From an uncultured Bacteriovoracaceae bacterium (GTDB lineage: Bacteria > Bdellovibrionota > Bacteriovoracia > Bacteriovoracales > Bacteriovoracaceae): DNA of 64,000 bases. Each line of letters opens with the position of its first letter. Position 1 is the stretch's first letter. The notes under the pieces are model-generated. The model was not told where the DNA came from and did no database searches. It was given only the letters and a program-made list of their open reading frames with translations. Positions 1 to 7,691 of this stretch are shown one piece after another. The stretch lies in assembly GCA_964400895.1 (NCBI GenBank), contig CAYNWL010000002.1:398084-462083 (forward strand), in the 5' to 3' direction. The translations under genes and the position numbers were made by a program.

Positions 1-2
1 AA

Positions 3-533
3 AACGAAGAAAAAAGAAAAAAAGATGAAGAGGAAAGGCAAAGAGTAGAACGGGAAAAAAAGGTTGAACAGCTTCAACCCAGTAAAAAATATTATTTGGC
101 ACAGGATTGGTATAAGGCCATCATCAGGTTAAATGAATTTTTAGAAATCAGCCCAATGGATGAAGACTTGATTAAAGAGGCCACTGACATGCTTAAAGAC
201 TCTAGACAAAAACTTGCAGAAATTATTGACCCAATTCTAGAAAAAGCGGAATCTTTAACGGAAGGTGGAGATGCTAAAGGAGCCTACGAAGAATATAAAA
301 GGGCATTGCTTTTTGATCCTTCATTGGAAAAGCCGTTGGATGAAATGAAAAAAATAAGCGAGAAGCTAAAAGTTCGAGCAGGCAAGGTTTATCGCGAGGC
401 CATTATCTCCGAATCCTTAAGCCTTTTTCAGGATGCGAAAGAAAAATTTTTGGAAGTCCAGCAGATTTCCCCAAGTGATGGTGAATATTATGAAAAGGCC
501 ACAGAGAAACTAAAAAATTATATGGATTATTAA
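3..533 (+). CDS. coiled-coil / helical-repeat protein, C-terminal part (5' end outside window)
   Basis: The frame is open from the first bases of the window (NEEKRKKDEEERQRVEREKK...) and runs into the listed 96..533 ORF. The TTG at 96 is therefore probably internal. Lys/Glu-rich stretch followed by TPR-like helices (AYEEYKRALLFDPS). No specific family recognised. Confidence 0.5.
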   Translation, partial: NEEKRKKDEEERQRVEREKKVEQLQPSKKYYLAQDWYKAIIRLNEFLEISPMDEDLIKEATDMLKDSRQKLAEIIDPILEKAESLTEGGDAKGAYEEYKRALLFDPSLEKPLDEMKKISEKLKVRAGKVYREAIISESLSLFQDAKEKFLEVQQISPSDGEYYEKATEKLKNYMDY

Positions 534-534
534 T

Positions 535-1275
535 ATGATTAATTTAAAAAGTTATTCTGCGAATACAAACCAGGGGCCATTTCTTCAGGTAAACGAAGAC
601 GATATAGATATTGACCTGGTAAATAAACTATTTTTAATTTTTGATGGTTATGGTGGTACAGGAATTGGCGATAAAAGTGTTGCTCAACTTAAAAACGATA
701 TTAAATCCTTTTATTTAAAGTTTGGCCAAGACCCAGATTCCACAATGCCTTTTTTTTATAGTCCAAAATACAATCTTGAGGGAAATGCTCTAATTAATTC
801 TCTTCACAATGCACATAAAAACCTAAAAGAGGAAAATCAAAAAAAGGAATTATCACTTAGGGGCGGGTCATCCATCATTGCAGGTGCCTTATCTTCCAAA
901 CTTCTAACTTTAGTTTCAATTGGCAATTGTGAAAGCTACCTTTACAGAAAAAATCATTTGGAAATGATCACTTCTCCAGATTCCCTTGCCACCCTAACTC
1001 AGGATAAATATAAGGCCTTTCTTCAAACCACTCCACTTAGCGGATTAGGTTTATTTGAAGATCTTCAGATGGAAGTTAAAGAATTGAAGATATTAGAAGG
1101 TGATTTGGTGGTTCTTTTAACGGATGGTGCCTATTCTAGGATTAATAGCGAAGAATTAAAGTACATTATTGAAGAACATACCTTCACTTTACCCAAAAAA
1201 GTGGAAGAACTTTTCAAACTTTCCAATTCACGGGGCAATCTCGATAACCAATCATGCATTTTTCTTCAGTTCTAA
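535..1275 (+). CDS. PP2C/PPM-family Ser/Thr protein phosphatase
   Basis: 246-aa ORF with PPM-type metal-binding blocks FLIFDGYGGTGIGD and LVVLLTDGAYSRI. Tightly coupled to the upstream ORF (1-nt gap). Confidence 0.65.
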   Translation: MINLKSYSANTNQGPFLQVNEDDIDIDLVNKLFLIFDGYGGTGIGDKSVAQLKNDIKSFYLKFGQDPDSTMPFFYSPKYNLEGNALINSLHNAHKNLKEENQKKELSLRGGSSIIAGALSSKLLTLVSIGNCESYLYRKNHLEMITSPDSLATLTQDKYKAFLQTTPLSGLGLFEDLQMEVKELKILEGDLVVLLTDGAYSRINSEELKYIIEEHTFTLPKKVEELFKLSNSRGNLDNQSCIFLQF

Positions 1276-1401
1276 GGTTGGCAACTAATTTATTTTAGTG
1301 AGAATTTAGAAATGTTGGCCTATACAGGGGGAAGAAGATGACTAAAAAAGTTTTAGTTGCTGAAGATAGTGTAACGGTTCAAAAAGTAATTGGGTTTACT
1401 T
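1195..1401 (+). repeat. left copy of a ~200-bp diverged direct repeat (PP2C 3' end + spacer + response-regulator 5' end)
   Basis: Aligns by eye with 1996..2196. The 75-nt PP2C-tail part has 13 mismatches. Blocks such as ggcaatctcga.aaccaatc.tgcatttttcttca.ttctaaggttggcaac and gttcaaaaagtaat.gggtttactt are shared. Confidence 0.85.
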
Positions 1402-1403
1402 GA
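1338..1403 (+). pseudogene. truncated response-regulator 5' fragment (21 codons, MTKKVLVAEDSVTVQKVIGFT*)
   Basis: Homologous to codons 1-21 of the intact regulator at 2133 (MTKKVLIAEDSQTVQKVIGFT). It ends at a TGA exactly where repeat similarity stops. Confidence 0.75.
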
Positions 1404-1995
1404 TCCAGAAGGGGAAAACAGGGTTGCGATGAGTTGTTGATTGCACAGGAATTTTTGGGAGAGGTAAAAGACATCAGTATTCCGATTTTAAGCGAACGCT
1501 TAAAGAGATCTATATCAATGTTATAGGCCTAAAAATTTATTTGCAGACAGCACTGCAATTAATCTTTGGCCACTCCGCGTATTCTTTTGTACCTATACGA
1601 GGTTTGTTTTTTTCTGGGAATTCACTTTTAAGAGTGCCAGTGTTAACGGAGCTTCCCATTTTTTTACATTCTTCTTCTAGTTTTTCTTGGCAAGTTTTCA
1701 GCAACCAACGCATATCCTTGTCCGATGAGTAATCCTTATTTTTGATTGAAGCTGTAACGGGTTTTCCTGCCCAGGAAATTTCATTAAAAAAACAAAGAAA
1801 AAAAGTTGCCAGAATTATTTTCTGCATAAAATCCCTCTTTTTGAGTTATTTTATAATTATACTGAAAATTTTTTAGTTATCCAGAGGAATTTTGAATAAA
1901 AAATCGGGAAAAATAAGGCAATTGCAGTGCTTTTTACCGTCCATATTAAATAGAAGAATTATGGTAAATTATTGATGGGGCTCAAATAGGTTTGC
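1402..1995. mobile_element. ~0.6-kb inserted segment bracketed by the diverged direct repeats
   Basis: Unique sequence between the two repeat copies. It carries one small secreted-protein gene on the minus strand. No recombinase gene is present. Confidence 0.4.
1537..1827 (-). CDS. small secreted Cys-containing protein (hypothetical)
   Basis: 96-aa ORF with N-terminal signal peptide MQKIILATFFLCFFNEISWA and four Cys in the mature part. It is the only convincing ORF in the insert. A 12-bp inverted repeat agcactgcaatt (1549..1560) / aattgcagtgct (1920..1931) brackets it. Confidence 0.5.
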   Translation of the reverse strand: MQKIILATFFLCFFNEISWAGKPVTASIKNKDYSSDKDMRWLLKTCQEKLEEECKKMGSSVNTGTLKSEFPEKNKPRIGTKEYAEWPKINCSAVCK

Positions 1996-2196
1996 AAAAA
2001 AAATCGAAGAGATTTTTTCCCTTTCCAATTCTCGTGGCAATCTCGACAACCAATCTTGCATTTTTCTTCATTTCTAAGGTTGGCAACCTCTCAATTTTGG
2101 GTGAGAATTTAAATCAATAGCTGGAGACTTAGATGACTAAGAAAGTATTGATTGCCGAGGATAGTCAAACAGTTCAAAAAGTAATCGGGTTTACTT
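1996..2196 (+). repeat. right copy of the ~200-bp diverged direct repeat
   Basis: See 1195..1401. Here the regulator 5' end is the intact part and the PP2C tail is the orphan part. Confidence 0.85.
2000..2077 (+). pseudogene. orphan PP2C C-terminal fragment (KIEEIFSLSNSRGNLDNQSCIFLHF*)
   Basis: 25 in-frame codons plus stop, homologous to the last 25 codons of the intact PP2C gene (KVEELFKLSNSRGNLDNQSCIFLQF*). There is no upstream coding continuation. Confidence 0.75.
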
Positions 2197-3143
2197 TGGA
2201 AAATGAACCTTTCGAATTGGTTAATTCCCCCGATGAGAAATCTCTTTTTTCCAATTTGGAAAAGGGATCTTTTGATTTGGTGGCTTTGGACATGAGTCTT
2301 TCTGAAAAAAAATCTGGCTATGATTTAGTAAGAGAAATCAAATTAAAATATCCCAAGGTGGCGGTGCTTTCACTTTTTGGAACTTTTGATGCCATTGATG
2401 AAAAGGCCTTTAAAAATTCTGGGGCGGATGAAAAGATAATAAAACCCTTTGATAGTGTTGAATTTGTTTCAAAATGCAAAAAATTAACCAACATTTCTGA
2501 AAAAGTTGCAGAGAAGGTAACCGAGGCCCCAGCTGATTTTGAAAATGTAAGCGAGGAATGGCAGTTGGAAGCTCCAAAGATGGAGGAAAAGCAGGAATCA
2601 ATTGGACTGGACCTTGAAAGTTGGGGAATGGATATACCTGGAATAATAGAAACGCCTAGTGTTCCGGATGAATCACTTTTAGAAGAAGGCGCGAAATTGC
2701 TCAGTACCATGTCGCAAAGTTTGGATGAAGAAGAAGAGGAATTGGATCAGGCCCCACTTTTTGAAGAACCCAATTTGGAATTTCCAGAAATTGTTTCAAA
2801 ATCGGTTACACCAGAACCCAAAATTCAAAAAGAAGATATCAAAGAAACCGCTTTTGATTTTTCATCTGCCATGGATGAGGAAATAACCCCTGAAGAATTC
2901 TGGGCAGTGGATACAGAAAGTATGGCCCAGCCGAAAATGGCAATGGAACCTAAGGTTGCTCCTTCCCAGGAATCTCAAAAAATTCCTGATGAGTTGATGG
3001 AATCTTTGCGCCCTCTTATTGAAGAATATATCAGGAAGTATTGCCAGCAGATCGCTGAAAAGGTTGCCTGGGAGGTAATTCCAGATTTGGCCGAAAACCT
3101 AATAAAAAAAGAAATAAAAGAAATTTCTAAGTCGTTGGACTAA
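2133..3143 (+). CDS. response regulator: CheY-like receiver + long acidic/Pro-rich tail (possibly RomR-like)
   Basis: N-terminal REC motifs (LIAEDS, LVALDMSL with the phospho-acceptor Asp, KPF). About 215 aa of Glu/Asp/Pro-rich sequence follows, ending in an amphipathic helix. No DNA-binding domain recognised. Confidence 0.7.
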   Translation: MTKKVLIAEDSQTVQKVIGFTLENEPFELVNSPDEKSLFSNLEKGSFDLVALDMSLSEKKSGYDLVREIKLKYPKVAVLSLFGTFDAIDEKAFKNSGADEKIIKPFDSVEFVSKCKKLTNISEKVAEKVTEAPADFENVSEEWQLEAPKMEEKQESIGLDLESWGMDIPGIIETPSVPDESLLEEGAKLLSTMSQSLDEEEEELDQAPLFEEPNLEFPEIVSKSVTPEPKIQKEDIKETAFDFSSAMDEEITPEEFWAVDTESMAQPKMAMEPKVAPSQESQKIPDELMESLRPLIEEYIRKYCQQIAEKVAWEVIPDLAENLIKKEIKEISKSLD

Positions 3144-3789
3144 AGATTAGGGATCCTGAAAAGATCTTTTTTAAGCCAGTAGCGGTTTTCAAGAGCATCT
3201 CTCCATTATCACCGATTCCCCAAAAAAATCCTGTTTCGTTTTCAACGATAACTTTTTGGTTTTGATGGGCACAGAGATTATTCCATTCCTTTTTTGTTTC
3301 AAAAGGATCTAGGCGATTTTTTAAAATGAAATCATAAAGTTCAACAGGCATTTCTTTCTGATGGGGAGTTAAGGGAAGGGAGGAAATTTCAATATTTGAA
3401 TCCTTTACCGAAAAATCAATTGTTCCAAAATTGATTCCCACACCGACCACTAGATAATTTTCAAAGGTTTGGCAAAGAATTCCTCCACATTTTTTAAGAC
3501 CTCCAAAAATTAAGTCATTTGGCCATTTAAGCTTTAGGTCGATTCCCTTAAAAAATTTTGAAATTAAAACTCCTACTTCCAAAGAAGTTAAAGAAATTAC
3601 CTCATTAGGTTTTAAGGTAAAGGAAAATGCAAGAGAAGAGCTTCCTTGAATCCAAGTGTTTCCACGGCGTCCAATACCTCCAGTTTGTTTTTCAGTACTC
3701 ACTAGAATTTCTTTATAAATTCCATTTACCAGAAGATCTTTTAGATATTCCTGGGTAGAGGAGCATTCTTTTAAATGGATGTGTTGCAT
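3127..3789 (-). CDS. birA: biotin--[acetyl-CoA-carboxylase] ligase (group I, no HTH)
   Basis: GGIGRRGNTW and KWPNDL signature blocks. 220 aa, so it lacks the repressor HTH. Its 3' end overlaps the convergent regulator gene by 17 bp. Confidence 0.75.
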   Translation of the reverse strand: MQHIHLKECSSTQEYLKDLLVNGIYKEILVSTEKQTGGIGRRGNTWIQGSSSLAFSFTLKPNEVISLTSLEVGVLISKFFKGIDLKLKWPNDLIFGGLKKCGGILCQTFENYLVVGVGINFGTIDFSVKDSNIEISSLPLTPHQKEMPVELYDFILKNRLDPFETKKEWNNLCAHQNQKVIVENETGFFWGIGDNGEMLLKTATGLKKIFSGSLIFSPTT

Positions 3790-3843
3790 TAAACTGGTCT
3801 TACCACATTGAATCAGGTATCAAAATAAAAAAAGGAAAATCAC

Positions 3844-4548
3844 ATGTCGCTCATACAAAGAGAACACCCTAGAACTATCAAATTTACCCCCGGAATCAAT
3901 CCCTACGCCGCTGGTTCGGTTATGGCAGAATTTGGAAATACCAAAGTTCATATAACCGCTTCAATTGAAGAAACCGTACCACCCTTTTTAAAAGGGAAAG
4001 GACAGGGATGGGTCACCGCAGAATATTCTATGTTACCCGCTTCTACCCATACCAGAAGCCAAAGAGAGCGCTCTAAAATTGGTGGAAGAACCCAGGAAAT
4101 TCAAAGATTAATAGGAAGGGCCCTAAGGGCAGTTGTAGATCTTAAAAAATTAGGGGAGAGAACCCTAATGCTTGATTGTGATGTATTGGTTGCCGATGGA
4201 GGAACTAGAACTACCTCCGTTTCAGGTTGCTATGTGGCAATGGCCCTGGCCTTTAAAAAATTAAAAAACGAGGGAAAAATATCAGAAACCCCTCTTAAGG
4301 AAGCACTTGGGGCCATCTCTGTGGGCATAAATAAGGAAGGAAAAATTATAGCTGATTTAAATTACGAAGAGGATTCTTCCTGTGAGGCCGATGTTAATCT
4401 AGTTGCTACTCGAAATGGAAAATTTATTGAAATCCAAGGTACCGCTGAAGGTGATCCCTTCTCCCAAGAACAATTAGATGCCCTTTTAATCTGTGGTAAA
4501 AAGGCCCTGGAAAAAGTTTTTGAGGCCCAAGAAAAGGCCTTAATGTGA
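3844..4548 (+). CDS. rph: ribonuclease PH
   Basis: 234 aa with GGRTQEIQRLIGRALR and DCDVLVADGGTRT blocks typical of RNase PH. Confidence 0.9.
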   Translation: MSLIQREHPRTIKFTPGINPYAAGSVMAEFGNTKVHITASIEETVPPFLKGKGQGWVTAEYSMLPASTHTRSQRERSKIGGRTQEIQRLIGRALRAVVDLKKLGERTLMLDCDVLVADGGTRTTSVSGCYVAMALAFKKLKNEGKISETPLKEALGAISVGINKEGKIIADLNYEEDSSCEADVNLVATRNGKFIEIQGTAEGDPFSQEQLDALLICGKKALEKVFEAQEKALM

Positions 4549-5132
4549 AATTTCTCCTTGCCTCAAATAATGCCCATAAATTAAAGGAACTGGGGGAGCA
4601 AGGTTTAGATTTGGAACCTGCTCCTAAAGATTTGCAGGTAGAAGAAACCGGCACCACATTTTATGAAAATGCCCAACTTAAGGCCAAGGCCTATTTTGAT
4701 ATTTATAAAAAACCAGTTCTAGCAGATGATTCAGGGCTAGTTGTGGAGGCCCTGGCTGATGAATTAGGGGTGGCTTCCGCCAGATTTGGAGGTGGAAAAT
4801 TATCCGATTTGGAAAAAAATCAACTTCTTCTTAAGAAATTGGAAGGAGTCGATGATCGAAAGGCCCATTTTATTTGTGTCCTTTGTTTCTATATAAATCC
4901 CAATGAAATTTTCTTTTTTGAGGGAAGGCTATCCGGCTCCATTGCCAGGGAAATAAAGGGAGATAAGGGCTTTGGATATGATCCTGTCTTTATCCCCGAA
5001 GAATTTGTGGGGTCATCCGAGGTTTTAACCCTTGCTATGATACCGGATTATAAGGCCAAAAATTCGCATAGGGTTAAGGCGTTAAATCTGGCCAAACAAT
5101 TCTTATCCAAAAGAAATTGCCAAAATAGCTAA
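4545..5132 (+). CDS. rdgB: non-canonical purine NTP (dITP/XTP) pyrophosphatase
   Basis: HAM1/RdgB motifs ASNNAHKLKEL, DDSGLVVEAL and GFGYDPVFIP. 4-bp overlap with rph, the classic rph-rdgB pair. Confidence 0.85.
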   Translation: MKFLLASNNAHKLKELGEQGLDLEPAPKDLQVEETGTTFYENAQLKAKAYFDIYKKPVLADDSGLVVEALADELGVASARFGGGKLSDLEKNQLLLKKLEGVDDRKAHFICVLCFYINPNEIFFFEGRLSGSIAREIKGDKGFGYDPVFIPEEFVGSSEVLTLAMIPDYKAKNSHRVKALNLAKQFLSKRNCQNS

Positions 5133-5173
5133 TTTCACCTATACCTGCTTTATCAAAATAACCCAATTCTAAT

Positions 5174-5248
5174 CGGAGCGTAGCGCAGGGGTAGCGCACT
5201 TGCTTTGGGAGCAAGTGGTCGGAGGTTCAAATCCTCTCGCTCCGACCA
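5174..5248 (+). tRNA. tRNA-Pro (anticodon UGG), CCA encoded
   Basis: Cloverleaf folds by hand. Acceptor CGGAGCG/CGCTCCG, D stem GCGC/GCGC, anticodon stem CTTGC/GCAAG with loop TT-TGG-GA, T arm GGAGG-TTCAAAT-CCTCT, then A-CCA. Confidence 0.9.
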
Positions 5249-5252
5249 TTTT

Positions 5253-5603
5253 TTAGACCTTCTTAACAAATTCAGATTTTAAATTCATGGCCCCGAATCC
5301 ATCTATTTTGCAGCCGATATTATGGCCATCATCGCTTTCTTGGATTCTTATATTTTTAACTTTGGTGCCAATTTTCACTGATTGGGAAGAACCTCTCACC
5401 TTTAAATCTTTGATAATGGTAACGGTATCTCCGTCTTTTAAAATATTTCCAAATGCATCCTTTACAGAATGATCAACAGCTTCCGGAGTAGTAGTTTTTT
5501 CCTGAGGATTCCATTCAAAGAAACAATCCGGACAAATCCAAAGATTTCCATCTTGATAAATATTTTCACCCTTACATTTAGGACAACTTTGTTCTTCTTT
5601 CAT
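5253..5603 (-). CDS. yjdM: PhnA/YjdM-family zinc-ribbon protein
   Basis: N-terminal CPKC...CPDC zinc ribbon, then a C-terminal PhnA domain ([17 protein letters not shown]...[20 protein letters not shown]). Confidence 0.8.
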   Translation of the reverse strand: MKEEQSCPKCKGENIYQDGNLWICPDCFFEWNPQEKTTTPEAVDHSVKDAFGNILKDGDTVTIIKDLKVRGSSQSVKIGTKVKNIRIQESDDGHNIGCKIDGFGAMNLKSEFVKKV

Positions 5604-5634
5604 GACTCAGGAAATTAGCCTATTATTTGGAAAT

Positions 5635-6348
5635 ATGAAACAAATTTTAATCCTAAATCTTATATTGCAAATTACATACGCCTCAGACCAATTTGAATTG
5701 GAAACGATCAAAAAATCCTGCGTTGATTTTTCTAAAATAAAGACAAAACCCTCTGTCTCTGATTGTAATGTTTCTTCCTTTGGAAATCTGGGTTCTGTTG
5801 ATGGAAAAGATTACTTTTATTCAATTTATTGTATTCTTACCGGTGAAAAATCAAAGTGTGGTGATAACAGCTGGGGTGCAAACTACAATAAAAACAGAGG
5901 AGTCGCTGTTTTTATTGGCGAACCCGGAGCTAGCTCAGTGTCTTTGGTAGAGGCTAAAGCTTCAAGTGAAAATAATCTTTATTACAAAGTTCCAGAAATT
6001 ATTGACACCGAATATGGAAAAATCCTAAGTTTTCCAATCGTGATGGATGGTTCGGGAGCTTTTGATTATAGCGAATATTATTTTTTCCGCGATAAAAAGT
6101 GGAATAAAATCGAATCAGAATCCTGGAAAGAATCGGTTTTAAAAAAAATACCTCAGGGACTTAGCATTTCCAAAGGTTTTCGGGCGGACTTTAAAACCAT
6201 GTCCGCACATATTTATTTGGCAAAGGAAGGGGATGGGAATTGCTGTCCAACCGGAGGGGAAGCCGAGGTCAAATTTGAAATTTTAAAAGATCAATTATCC
6301 ATAAAAGATATAAAAATTACTCCCAATCAGAAAGTTGAAGAGAAATAA
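5635..6348 (+). CDS. secreted hypothetical protein
   Basis: The ORF track starts at 5602, but the ATG at 5635 gives a clean signal peptide (MKQILILNLILQITYA). It also removes the start-codon overlap with the divergent yjdM. No family recognised. Confidence 0.5.
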   Translation: MKQILILNLILQITYASDQFELETIKKSCVDFSKIKTKPSVSDCNVSSFGNLGSVDGKDYFYSIYCILTGEKSKCGDNSWGANYNKNRGVAVFIGEPGASSVSLVEAKASSENNLYYKVPEIIDTEYGKILSFPIVMDGSGAFDYSEYYFFRDKKWNKIESESWKESVLKKIPQGLSISKGFRADFKTMSAHIYLAKEGDGNCCPTGGEAEVKFEILKDQLSIKDIKITPNQKVEEK

Positions 6349-6377
6349 TGAAACTTTCAATAGGCCCTTTTCATTTT

Positions 6378-6800
6378 TTAACTAGGTCTTTTAATTCTCT
6401 CTATTTCCCTTTCTTGTGCCTTATTTTTTAAGGCCCTTCCTTTATCTGGGGTAGGATCTTTCACTAATCCATACGTTTTTCTACCATCATGATTTTCTGG
6501 AAGATATTCGGTTATGGGTAATCCCTCTTTTGTAGTGAAGAGAAGGCAATGGCAATATTTATAAATTTGCATATCGTCGCAGGGACATATCCAGGTTCTA
6601 TGTTTAATTTCTTCGGTTTTGTCTGGGTAATAACGACATGGGCATAAGGGTTTTTTTAGTTCATCTAAATTCTTGGCCAAACCAAGGACCACACCTTCGG
6701 TTACAACTTTATCCGGATGGGTGGTTGTCCCAGATTTTTCGGTAAAGGTATCAACTAGTTTTTTAATTCGTTCCAAACTTTGATCGGTTGGTTTATTCAT
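6378..6800 (-). CDS. ferredoxin:thioredoxin reductase catalytic-subunit-like protein
   Basis: Diagnostic Cys pattern CPCRYY...WICPC...YCHCLLF (CPC / CPC / CHC) of the FTR catalytic chain. Confidence 0.75.
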   Translation of the reverse strand: MNKPTDQSLERIKKLVDTFTEKSGTTTHPDKVVTEGVVLGLAKNLDELKKPLCPCRYYPDKTEEIKHRTWICPCDDMQIYKYCHCLLFTTKEGLPITEYLPENHDGRKTYGLVKDPTPDKGRALKNKAQEREIERIKRPS

Positions 6801-6959
6801 AAGATCCCTTTTTATTAAGAATCTAGGATAGATGGTTAGAAGCTTTTAATCATTACCCACGGCACCTGAGGCAAACAAAAATTTATTAGATTTCCTCCCC
6901 AGGGACCTTTTTTTATTAACCTTGCTTGTTCTGACCATTCAAGATAAAGAATCCTGACA

Positions 6960-7691
6960 ATGACCACGCTTTTAATTGAAAATCTAACCAAATCCTATAA
7001 CCAAACCTTGGTACTATCAAATATAAATTTAAGTGTATCTAAGGGAGACCTAGTTTCTTTTATGGGGCCTAGTGGAAGTGGGAAATCCACACTATTAAAA
7101 TGCATTAACGCCCTGGAAATACCTCAAAAGGGAACTATTTCAATCGGAAGTGAAACAATAGATTACGTCAATCCCACAAATATTCATCACCTTAGAAAAA
7201 AAATTGGAATGGTTTTTCAATCCTTTAATCTTTTTCCCCATCTTAATTTATTGGAAAATCTTATAAAGGCCCCAATGGTTGTTTTAAAAGAATCAAAAGA
7301 GAAAGCAATAACACAGGCCATGGAATTATTGGAAAAAGTCGGACTTCAAGACCACTCCAAGAAATATTCTTTCCAATTATCCGGGGGAGAGCAGCAACGA
7401 GGCGCTATCGCTAGGGCGCTTATGATGAAGCCCGAAATAATGCTTTATGATGAACCAACAAGTGCGCTGGATCCTGAGAGAGTAGATGAGGTTTTGGATA
7501 TAATGCTAGACCTGAAAAAAGATGGATTAACTCAAATTATAGTTTCTCATGAAATGCGATTTGTAAAAGAGGCCAGTGATAATATTTATTTCCTGGAGAA
7601 TGGCATCATTGTAGATATGGGCCCTCCTGATAAAATTTTTTCAAACCAAAGTCATCCCCGGACCCAAAAATATCTTAGGAGGTATTTTTGA
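6960..7691 (+). CDS. polar amino-acid ABC transporter ATP-binding protein
   Basis: Walker A GPSGSGKST, signature LSGGEQQR, Walker B MLYDEPTSALD. GlnQ/ArtP-like over its whole length. Confidence 0.85.
   Translation: MTTLLIENLTKSYNQTLVLSNINLSVSKGDLVSFMGPSGSGKSTLLKCINALEIPQKGTISIGSETIDYVNPTNIHHLRKKIGMVFQSFNLFPHLNLLENLIKAPMVVLKESKEKAITQAMELLEKVGLQDHSKKYSFQLSGGEQQRGAIARALMMKPEIMLYDEPTSALDPERVDEVLDIMLDLKKDGLTQIIVSHEMRFVKEASDNIYFLENGIIVDMGPPDKIFSNQSHPRTQKYLRRYF

Noticed and set aside
1404-1527. Possible remnant of an HTH regulator (...CDELLIAQEFLGEVKDISIPILSERLKRSISML*) at the left edge of the 0.6-kb insert
   Set aside because: It has only about 40 codons, no start codon and only a vague HxlR/ArsR-like flavour. 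That is not enough to call a pseudogene.
5602-5634. Divergent genes sharing overlapping start codons (CATG) at 5601-5604
   Set aside because: The ATG at 5635 gives a canonical signal peptide for the plus-strand protein. The upstream 11 codons are probably not translated, so the overlap is likely an ORF-calling artefact.
6801-6959. 159-bp leader upstream of the amino-acid ABC transporter as a possible riboswitch
   Set aside because: I found no recognisable conserved riboswitch core or convincing stem architecture by eye. It is more likely an ordinary promoter region.
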